Shown: positions 56,923 to 64,000 of the stretch, one piece after another | Layout of the letters: each line of letters opens with the position of its first letter | How positions within the stretch are numbered: the stretch's first letter is position 1 | DNA from: an uncultured Actinomycetota bacterium | Lineage (GTDB): Bacteria > Actinomycetota > Actinomycetes > Propionibacteriales > Nocardioidaceae | Reading direction: 5' to 3' | DNA length: 64,000 bases | Assembly (NCBI GenBank): GCA_963711175.1 | Contig: CAVQDC010000029.1 | Location: forward strand, 8-64,007 | Notes under the pieces: generated by a model | Databases searched by the model: none | Seen by the model: the letters and a program-made list of their open reading frames with translations, nothing else | Told to the model about the DNA's origin: nothing | Program-made: the position numbers and the translations under genes

Positions 56923-57861
56923 GTGCCAGCCGTCACGACCCGAGACTCCGCGGTGGTCGCGGGCCGCTACGTGCTGCTCGACCAGATCGGGGCCGGCGGC
57001 ATGGGTTCGGTGTGGCGCGCCTGGGACCGGCGCACCCGTCGGCACGTCGCCCTCAAGGTGCTCGGCCAGCACAGCTCCGCGCTGCTCGCGCGGTTCGTCC
57101 GCGAGCAGGCGGTCCGCGTACGCCATCCGCACGTCGTCGCGCCCCACGGGTGGGCCGCCGAGGACGACCTGGTGGCGCTGGCGATGGAGCTGGTGTCCGG
57201 CGGGTCGGTCGCCGACCTCCTGCGCGAGCACGGGCCGCTCGACGCCGGGACGGCCGGCCTGCTGTGCGAGCAGCTGCTCCTCGGCCTGTCCGCGGTGCAC
57301 GCGGCCGGGCTCGTCCACCGCGACGTCAAGCCCGCCAACCTCCTGCTCGAGGCGACCGGCACGCAGCCTCCACACCTGCGGCTCGGCGACTTCGGCGTCG
57401 CCGCCCCGATCGCGGACCGGCGCTTCACCACGGTGCCGGGCGCCATCGGCACGGACGGCTACATGGCTCCCGAGCAGGCCCGCGGGGCCCCTCCCGAGCC
57501 GACGCAGGACCTCTATGCCGTGGGCCGCGTCGTGCTCGAGATGATCACCGGCCTCCCACCGACGCGGCAGGCGGAGATCCCGTCGCACCCGCTCCGTCCG
57601 CTCGTCGAGAGGCTGCTCGTCCCCGATCCCGAGCAGCGCATCGCGACGGCTGACGCCGCCCTCCGGTTGCTGCGCCGGTTGCCCGTTCCGGAGGCCGAGG
57701 GGCCTCCGGTGCCGGACCGGCTCGGACCACCACCCGGCGCCCGGCGTACGACCGGGACCGGGCCGGGTGCCGTCGTCGACTGGCCCGCGTGGGCGGCCGT
57801 CGCCGGGTTGCTCGCCGTCGTCGCGGGCTGTCTGTGCGTCCTCCTAGGGTGGGCACCATGA
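56923..57861 (+). CDS. Hanks-type Ser/Thr kinase with a C-terminal TM helix
   Basis: [23 protein letters not shown] and YMAPE. TAGCGT -10 before GTG 56923. Confidence 0.88.
   Translation: MPAVTTRDSAVVAGRYVLLDQIGAGGMGSVWRAWDRRTRRHVALKVLGQHSSALLARFVREQAVRVRHPHVVAPHGWAAEDDLVALAMELVSGGSVADLLREHGPLDAGTAGLLCEQLLLGLSAVHAAGLVHRDVKPANLLLEATGTQPPHLRLGDFGVAAPIADRRFTTVPGAIGTDGYMAPEQARGAPPEPTQDLYAVGRVVLEMITGLPPTRQAEIPSHPLRPLVERLLVPDPEQRIATADAALRLLRRLPVPEAEGPPVPDRLGPPPGARRTTGTGPGAVVDWPAWAAVAGLLAVVAGCLCVLLGWAP
57829..57850 (+). promoter_or_regulatory. PafBC-type promoter of nfo, inside the kinase 3' end
   Basis: TGTCTG-N10-TAGGGT, 7 nt before ATG 57858. Confidence 0.5.
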
Positions 57862-58652
57862 ACCTCGCCATCGGCGCCCACGTCGACCAGACCGACCCCG
57901 TCGCCGAGGCCGTGGCCCGGCAGACCACGCTGGTGCAGTTCTTCCTGGGCGACCCCCAGGGCTACAAGGGGCCGGAGATCCGCTACGAGGGTGGCGCCGC
58001 GGCGCTGCGTGCGGCGGCCGAGGAGGCGGGCGTCTCGCTCTACGTCCACGCCCCCTACATCGTCAACGTCGCCACGACCAACAACCGGATCCGGATCCCG
58101 AGCCGCAAGCTGCTCCAGCAGCACATGGACGCGGCGGCCGAGATCGGGGCCGAGGGACTGATCGTCCACGGCGGCCACGTCGGCAAGGACGACGACCCGG
58201 GCGTCGGCTTCGACAACTGGCGCAAGGCGATCGAGGCCACCGACATCAAGATCCCACTCCTCATCGAGAACACCGCCGGTGGCGACAACGCGATGGCCCG
58301 CCACCTCGACCGCATCGCCGGGGTGTGGGACGCGATCTCCTCGGCCGACAACGCCGACCGCGTCGGCTTCTGCCTCGACACCTGCCACGCGTGGGCCGGC
58401 GGCATCGAGCTCGGCGACGCCGTGGAGCGGGTGCGCGGGATCACCGGTCGCATCGACCTCGTCCACGCCAACGACTCGCGCGACGTCTTCGACTCCGGCG
58501 CGGACCGGCACGCCAACTTCGGCAACGGCCACCTGCCTGCCGACGAGTTCGCGGGCGTGGTCCGCGAGGCCGGCGCTCCCGTCATCTGCGAGACGCCCGG
58601 CGGTGCCGCCGAGCACCTGGCCGACTTCGCCTGGCTGCGCGAGCGGCTCTGA
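57858..58652 (+). CDS. nfo: Endonuclease IV (AP endonuclease)
   Basis: YVHAPYIVN, VHGG, IENTAG, CLDTCHAWA, HANDS and DRH..ETP Zn ligands. Confidence 0.92.
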   Translation: MNLAIGAHVDQTDPVAEAVARQTTLVQFFLGDPQGYKGPEIRYEGGAAALRAAAEEAGVSLYVHAPYIVNVATTNNRIRIPSRKLLQQHMDAAAEIGAEGLIVHGGHVGKDDDPGVGFDNWRKAIEATDIKIPLLIENTAGGDNAMARHLDRIAGVWDAISSADNADRVGFCLDTCHAWAGGIELGDAVERVRGITGRIDLVHANDSRDVFDSGADRHANFGNGHLPADEFAGVVREAGAPVICETPGGAAEHLADFAWLRERL

Positions 58653-58693
58653 CCCTCCGCGACACGAGATCGTCAAGAAAGTTCTGACATCCA

Positions 58694-58721
58694 GGCAACC
58701 AAATGGACCGCTGCGGCGTCT
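58694..58721 (+). promoter_or_regulatory. ECF (Streptomyces SigE-like) promoter upstream of femX
   Basis: GGCAACC-N16-CGTCT. Confidence 0.55.
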
Positions 58722-58782
58722 GTGCTCACGTAGGGACCAGACACGTACGGGGGTCGTGTCTGGTCCCTTGTAGCGTGTCGGG

Positions 58783-59919
58783 GTGACGATCCCCCTGACG
58801 CTTCGCTCGATCTCCGCGGAGCAACACCGCGCGTTCATCGTCGGCCGGTCGTCCGCGAGCTTCCTCCAGACCCCTGCCTGGGCGAGCGTGAAGGCCGAGT
58901 GGAAGGCCGAGTCGGTCGGGTGGTTCCGAGGCGATGAGGTGGTCGGTGCCGGGCTCGTCCTCTACCGCCAGCTGCCCCGGGTCAAGCGCTACCTCGCCTA
59001 CCTGCCCGAGGGGCCGGTCATCGACTGGGACGGCGACGACCTCGAGTCGTGGCTCACGCCGATGGTCGCCCACCTCAAGCGCCAGGGCGCCTTCGCCGTC
59101 CGGATGGGCCCGCCCGTCGTGACCCGTCGCTGGTCGGCGGACCAGGTCAAGGCCGGTGTCGCCGACCACTCCGTACGCCGCCTCGGTGACGTACCTCCGC
59201 TGGAGCGGTCGCAGGACGGAGCCCGCGTGATCGCGCAGCTGCACGAGCTCGGCTGGCAGCAGCAGTCCGCCGAGGGCGGCTTCTCCGCGGGCCAGCCGCA
59301 GTTCAACTTCCAGATCCCGCTGGTGGACGAGACCGGCACGCCCCGCACCGAGGCCGACGTGCTGGCGGGCATGAACCAGCTCTGGCGCCGCAACATCAAG
59401 AAGGCCGACAAGCAGGGGGTCGAGGTCGCCCCCGGCGAGCGCGCGGACCTCAAGGCCTTCCACGACCTCTACGTCCACACCGCCGAGCGCGACCACTTCA
59501 CCCCGCGCCCGCTGACGTACTTCCAGACGATGTACGACGCGCTGCTCGCCGAGGACCCCGACCGGATCCAGCTGTGGCTCGCCCGCCACGAGGGCGACCT
59601 GGTCGCGGCGACGATCGCGATCCGCGTCGGCACGCACGCCTGGTACTCCTACGGCGCCTCGTCCACCGAGAAGCGCGACGTGCGCGGCTCCAACGCCGTG
59701 CAGTGGGCGATGATCCGCCACGCGCTCGAGGCCGGCGCCCACGTCTACGACCTCCGCGGGATCACCGAGACGCTCGACGCCGACGACCCGCACGTCGGGC
59801 TGATCCAGTTCAAGGTCGGCACCGGCGGCCAGGCCGTCGAGTACGCCGGCGAGTGGGACCTGCCGGTCAACCGCGCGATCTACAAGGCGTTCCAGGTCTA
59901 CCTGGCTCGGCGGGGGTGA
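58783..59919 (+). CDS. femX: FemABX peptidoglycan bridge aminoacyltransferase
   Basis: SFLQTPAW, YLPEGPV, WRRNIKKA, AWYSYGAS, YDLRGI and FKVGTGG..EYAGEWD. Confidence 0.9.
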   Translation: MTIPLTLRSISAEQHRAFIVGRSSASFLQTPAWASVKAEWKAESVGWFRGDEVVGAGLVLYRQLPRVKRYLAYLPEGPVIDWDGDDLESWLTPMVAHLKRQGAFAVRMGPPVVTRRWSADQVKAGVADHSVRRLGDVPPLERSQDGARVIAQLHELGWQQQSAEGGFSAGQPQFNFQIPLVDETGTPRTEADVLAGMNQLWRRNIKKADKQGVEVAPGERADLKAFHDLYVHTAERDHFTPRPLTYFQTMYDALLAEDPDRIQLWLARHEGDLVAATIAIRVGTHAWYSYGASSTEKRDVRGSNAVQWAMIRHALEAGAHVYDLRGITETLDADDPHVGLIQFKVGTGGQAVEYAGEWDLPVNRAIYKAFQVYLARRG

Positions 59920-59926
59920 CGGAGCG

Positions 59927-61006
59927 ATGACCCTCACCCTCTCCGTCGACGGCGACCGCTGGCGCGCCCACCTGCTCGCGACCGTCAGCAAGCACCCCGG
60001 CATCGTGCCGGTGGTCAAGGGCAACGGCTACGGCCTGGGCGTGGGCCGGCTCGCTCGTCGTGCCCAGTGGCTGGCCGGGCACGCGGCCGAGACCGGCGCA
60101 CCGCTCGACCTCATCGCGGTCGGCATCTACGACGAGATCGACGCGGTGGCGACCCGCTACGACGGCGACCTGCTCGTGCTCACTGCGTGGCGCCCGTTCG
60201 GTGCCGCGCTCGACCTCGATGCCCGTACGGCCGCTCGCGTCGTGCACACCATCAGCCGGCCGGAGGACCTCGCCGGACTCCGCGACCAGGACCCACACGC
60301 CCGGTTCGTCCTCGAGCAGCTCACCTCGATGCGACGTCACGGGATGACCCGCCGCGAGCTCGCCGCGACCGCTGAGGCGCTCGGCAGCGAGCGCAGCGGC
60401 CTGCGCGGCGTCGCGATGCACCTGCCGCTCAACACCACGTCGCACCTCGGCGAGGTGAGCCGGCTGATGAACGACATCGTCGCCTCCGGCCTGCCCACCC
60501 GTACGGTCTTCGTGTCCCACCTGACGCACGACGAGCTGACGAGCCTCGCGAGCAGCTATCCCGACTTCACCGTGCGTCCGCGCATCGGCACCGACCTCTG
60601 GCTCGGCGACCGGGGCGCGCTCCGCGTCGGCGCCACCGTGCTCGACGTCCACGAGGTCGACCGCGGGGACACCTTCGGCTACCGCGGGCGCAGCGTCCCC
60701 AAGCACGGCCACATCGTGATCGTCAGCGGCGGCACCGCGCACGGCATCGGCCTGGAGGCGCCCACCGGGGACCAGTCGCTCAGGGCGCGGGCCGCGACCC
60801 TCGCCCGGGGCGGCATGGACGCGGTCGGGTTCGTGCGCTCGCCCTTCTCCATCGACGGCAAGCAGCGGCTCTTCGCCGAGCCGCCGCACATGCAGGCCTC
60901 GATGCTGTTCGTGCCCTCAGGTGCGCGGGTGCCCCGCGTCGGTGAGGAGATCGAGGTCAGGGTCCGCTTCACCGCGACCGACTTCGACCGCGTCGTCGTC
61001 TCCTGA
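59927..61006 (+). CDS. Alanine-racemase-like PLP enzyme (divergent)
   Basis: VPVVKGNGYG (PLP Lys), RPRIGTDLW and TFGYRG. Confidence 0.78.
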   Translation: MTLTLSVDGDRWRAHLLATVSKHPGIVPVVKGNGYGLGVGRLARRAQWLAGHAAETGAPLDLIAVGIYDEIDAVATRYDGDLLVLTAWRPFGAALDLDARTAARVVHTISRPEDLAGLRDQDPHARFVLEQLTSMRRHGMTRRELAATAEALGSERSGLRGVAMHLPLNTTSHLGEVSRLMNDIVASGLPTRTVFVSHLTHDELTSLASSYPDFTVRPRIGTDLWLGDRGALRVGATVLDVHEVDRGDTFGYRGRSVPKHGHIVIVSGGTAHGIGLEAPTGDQSLRARAATLARGGMDAVGFVRSPFSIDGKQRLFAEPPHMQASMLFVPSGARVPRVGEEIEVRVRFTATDFDRVVVS

Positions 61007-62167
61007 CGACACCTCGGGTTCGTCCCGCAGCACCGCGACTGCCAGCCAGACCAGCCCGCCCACCCGCAGCAGGACCGCGAGCCAGTAGACGCGTTCGTCC
61101 TCGCTGAGGGTGGGGACGAGGGCGCCACCGAGGTACCACCCGGTGATCACCCAGCTCACCAGGTGCAGTCCCTGCCACACGAGCAGGTCGCGCCACCGGC
61201 GTACGGCGATCGCGGCCAGCGGCAGTGCCACGAGGCCGAGCTCCGGTGGGGCCGACGGCGCGACCGCCAGGGCGGCGCACACCATCACCAGGCCGGACCG
61301 GGCGCTGGTCAGCGCGGTGACCTGCGGCGAGCGCCGCACCATCCAGGTGACCGCGACAGCCGCGACGGCCAGCACCGCGAGCTGCGTGATCGACCGCGTC
61401 GTCGTCGACGCGTCGACCCCGCTCTGACCGAGCAGCTGCCAGATCGAGCCGATGTCGGCGTCCTTGCCGCGAGCGCGGCCGGGCAGCGTGACGACGACGT
61501 ACGCCGCGGCGGCCGCGAGCAGCGCGTCGACGCGGTCGCGCGTCCGGCCACCGACAGCGATCACGCCGACGAGGGCCACCGCCACAGGCAGGGCGAAGGC
61601 GGCGCCGATCCCGGCGCCGACGCCCGCGACCCAGGCCCGGCCGCTGGTCCAGCCCCACAGGAGGACGGCGACCCCGACCGCGGCGAGGAGCTCCCAGGAG
61701 AGCCAGTGGGCCAGCAGCACCGGGGCCATCGCCCAGCCCGCCGCGGCCCACGGCCGGTGGCGGTCCACGCGGATGAGCAGGACCGTGGCCAGCAGGGCGA
61801 GCGCCGCGAGCAGCACCGCCAGCGCTGCGGTGGTCGCGACCGTGCCCGTGCCCGGCGCCAGGGCGGCCAGCCGCTCGAGCCACGTCGTCACGTGGGGTGG
61901 AGTGGCCGTGGTCGCCGACGTGCCGGCGAGCTCGGTCCAGCAGAGCTGCCGGTAGGGCTGGTCCTCGCGGCCCCAGCCGGAGGGGACGCAGGCGGTCTTG
62001 CTCACCATGCCGGCCGCGAGGGTGACGGCGGTGGCGCCGACGAGCACCCGGGCCGGGCTCCACCACCGGTGGCCGGACGCATGGTCACCGAGAGGCCCGC
62101 CGACCACCTCCGACAGGGCGGCGACGACCGGGTCCGTACGGCTCGGCGCGGCCTGGCGCTCGTCCAC
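60917..62167 (-). CDS. GT87/DUF2029-like membrane glycosyltransferase
   Basis: Polytopic; K..C...W..YRQLCWTE N-terminus; position downstream of ponA is typical for actinobacteria. Confidence 0.7.
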   Translation of the reverse strand: MDERQAAPSRTDPVVAALSEVVGGPLGDHASGHRWWSPARVLVGATAVTLAAGMVSKTACVPSGWGREDQPYRQLCWTELAGTSATTATPPHVTTWLERLAALAPGTGTVATTAALAVLLAALALLATVLLIRVDRHRPWAAAGWAMAPVLLAHWLSWELLAAVGVAVLLWGWTSGRAWVAGVGAGIGAAFALPVAVALVGVIAVGGRTRDRVDALLAAAAAYVVVTLPGRARGKDADIGSIWQLLGQSGVDASTTTRSITQLAVLAVAAVAVTWMVRRSPQVTALTSARSGLVMVCAALAVAPSAPPELGLVALPLAAIAVRRWRDLLVWQGLHLVSWVITGWYLGGALVPTLSEDERVYWLAVLLRVGGLVWLAVAVLRDEPEVSSGDDDAVEVGRGEADPDLDLLTDAGHPRT

Positions 62168-62169
62168 GG

Positions 62170-64000
62170 TCAGGGCCGGGAGTCGGGTGCCTGCGCCCGC
62201 GGTCGGTAGCGGCCGACCGGCGTCGGAGCCGGCGACGTCGAGGCGGTCGGTGCGCTGGACGGCGGCGGCGTCGTCGGCACCGGTGTCGTGGGCACCGGCG
62301 TGGTGGGCACCGGCGTGGTCGGCACCGGCGTGGTCGGCACCGGCGTGGTCGGCACCGGCGTCGTCGGCACGGGCGTGGTCGGCGTCTCCGTCGGGATCGG
62401 CGTCTCGGTGGGGGTCTCCGTGGGCGTCTCGGTCGGCGTCTCGGTCGGGACACCACCGGTCTCGCTCGGCGACTTGGTGGGCTTCGACGTCGGCGTCGAG
62501 GTGGGGGACGGAGGCGGCGTGTACTCGTGGCCGTCCTCGGGCGCGTCACCGTCGACGTAGGCCGGCTCCGGGAAGTCCTCGACGTCCCTGCCCTCCATCA
62601 CGCGCTGCATGATCCCGGTCCACGTCTGGGCGGGGTAGACCGCGCCGAAGTAGGACGGCAGCCATCCGTCGATCTGGTCGTCGCCGTCGCCTCGGACGTA
62701 CATCACGGCGGTCGCCATCTGCGGCGTGTAGCCGGCGAACCACGACGACGAGACGTGCTCGTCCTCACCGCCCGTGGCCGTGCCGGTCTTGCCCGCGGCG
62801 GGGCGGCCGAGGTCGAGGGCGGCCTGCCCGGTGCCGTTCTGGACGATCTGCTGCATGACGTAGGACGTGTCGGCGGCGATGTCCTCGTCGACCGCGTCCC
62901 GGGTCTTGCCCTTCCACTCGTAGAGGGTCTCGCCGTTCTTGTCGACGACCTTCTGCACGACGTGGACGTCGGCGCGCTTGCCGCCGTTGGCGATCGTGGC
63001 GTAGGCGTTGGCCATGTTGATCGGGCTGACGCGACCCTTGCCGAGGGTGATCAGCGTGTCCTGCGGGCTGAAGTCGACGGACGTGGACGGGATGCCGGGG
63101 AACTTGGTCGACGCGTCCTCGCCGGGGATCCCGAGGGCGCGCGCCATGTCGTAGATCGACTGCGGGCCGTCGTCCATCGAGTCGGACATGTCGACGAAGG
63201 CCGTGTTGATCGACTCCTCGCCGGCCTCGACGAGGCTGACCGAGTCGCCGTAGTCGTTGCCGAGACCGTCGCTGCCGGTGCCCTCGTTGCGCACCTCGGT
63301 GCCGTCGGGGAACTCGTACGGCGAGTTGCCCTGGAAGCTGTCCTTGATCGAGAAGCCCTGCTTGATCGCCGCGGCGATCGTCAACGGCTTGATCGTGGAG
63401 CCGGCCATGCCGCCGGTGGCGGCCCAGTTGATCTGGGACTGGAGGTAGTCCTGCCCGCCGTAGAACCCGCGGACGGCACCAGTGCCGACCTCGATGGTCG
63501 CCGCACCGATGTGCAGCTGCTTGTCACCGAAGCCGTCCGGCTTCTCCTCGAGCACGCCCTCCTGGACGTCGGCCATCACCTTCGGGTCGAAGGTCGTGGT
63601 GATCCGCAGGCCACCGCCGTCGATCTCCTCCTCCGACGCGATGCCCTTGGCGAGCAGCTCCTGCTTGACCAGGGTCAGCATGTGGCCCTTCTGGCCGCCG
63701 AACTGGCTCTGGGCCGCGACCTTGGGGAACTTGGGCAGCCGCTTGAGGGCCTGGTCGCGCTCCTCGGTGGTGATGCTGCCGAGATCGGCCATGCTGCCGA
63801 GCACGTACGCGTAACGCCCCTTGAGGTCCTCGCGAGCCTGCTTGCCGTTGGCCGGGTCGAACTTCGAGGGGTTGTTCAGCACGGTCGCGAGCACCGCGGC
63901 CTCGCGCAGGCTGAGGTCCTTGGCCTCGTGGTCGAAGAAGGCCTTCGACGCGGCCTGGATGCCATAGGCACCACGGCCGAAGTAGATGGTGTTGAGGTAG
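62170..64000 (-). CDS. ponA: Class A penicillin-binding protein (PBP1A); 5' part beyond the window
   Basis: YLNTIYFGRGAYGI transglycosylase motif at the window edge; transpeptidase STIK, SIN and KTG; Pro/Thr tail. Confidence 0.93.
   Translation of the reverse strand, partial: YLNTIYFGRGAYGIQAASKAFFDHEAKDLSLREAAVLATVLNNPSKFDPANGKQAREDLKGRYAYVLGSMADLGSITTEERDQALKRLPKFPKVAAQSQFGGQKGHMLTLVKQELLAKGIASEEEIDGGGLRITTTFDPKVMADVQEGVLEEKPDGFGDKQLHIGAATIEVGTGAVRGFYGGQDYLQSQINWAATGGMAGSTIKPLTIAAAIKQGFSIKDSFQGNSPYEFPDGTEVRNEGTGSDGLGNDYGDSVSLVEAGEESINTAFVDMSDSMDDGPQSIYDMARALGIPGEDASTKFPGIPSTSVDFSPQDTLITLGKGRVSPINMANAYATIANGGKRADVHVVQKVVDKNGETLYEWKGKTRDAVDEDIAADTSYVMQQIVQNGTGQAALDLGRPAAGKTGTATGGEDEHVSSSWFAGYTPQMATAVMYVRGDGDDQIDGWLPSYFGAVYPAQTWTGIMQRVMEGRDVEDFPEPAYVDGDAPEDGHEYTPPPSPTSTPTSKPTKSPSETGGVPTETPTETPTETPTETPIPTETPTTPVPTTPVPTTPVPTTPVPTTPVPTTPVPTTPVPTTPPPSSAPTASTSPAPTPVGRYRPRAQAPDSRP
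62276..62380 (-). repeat. 7 x 15-bp tandem repeat encoding (TTPVP)7
   Basis: GGCACCGGCGTGGTC units from 62276 to 62380, adjoined by PTET-coding 12-bp units. Confidence 0.9.

Noticed and set aside
60917-61006. 90-bp convergent overlap of the GT87 and alr-like genes as an antisense system
   Set aside because: Short 3' overlaps are common in GC-rich genomes where stops are rare; nothing else supports a regulatory role.
62276-62450. CRISPR-like array
   Set aside because: The units are contiguous 15-bp and 12-bp in-frame coding repeats with no spacers and no cas genes.

Overview
This is a GC-rich actinobacterial chromosome segment; gene content and order are most consistent with Nocardioides or a close relative (inference, no database search). 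The right third is the conserved near-origin block, read leftwards: ponA (cut by the window end), a GT87 glycosyltransferase, femX with an alr-like gene, nfo, rpsF-ssb-rpsR-rplI and dnaB. A MATE pump, a 1579-aa subtilase and a lipoprotein sit between rplI and dnaB. The left two-thirds is an accessory mosaic of about 50 transport, redox/detox and regulatory genes. These include a rimK start missed by the ORF track, dinB, furA-katG, WYL/ArsR/TetR/ECF regulators and many small proteins. I found no rRNA, canonical tRNA, CRISPR array, prophage or transposase. Three genes each carry a single extra base, more likely sequencing error than biology. The strongest leads are: (1) a ~260-nt structured leader with tRNA-like arms and mutually exclusive helices upstream of an SPFH/slipin gene; (2) a Pnkp-type polynucleotide-kinase domain fused to an F420-type LLM oxidoreductase; (3) five PafBC-type DNA-damage promoters, one on an MFS pump; (4) about 10 DnaA boxes upstream of dnaB; (5) a TrxB-like protein without its CxxC but with a WCGHC motif, next to an antiporter/zf-UBP fusion; (6) small regulons readable from sequence (ECF promoter pair, TetR operator triplet); (7) a RimK system whose usual substrate RpsF lacks a C-terminal Glu. 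Family assignments come from motif recognition only, and RNA pairings were checked by eye.
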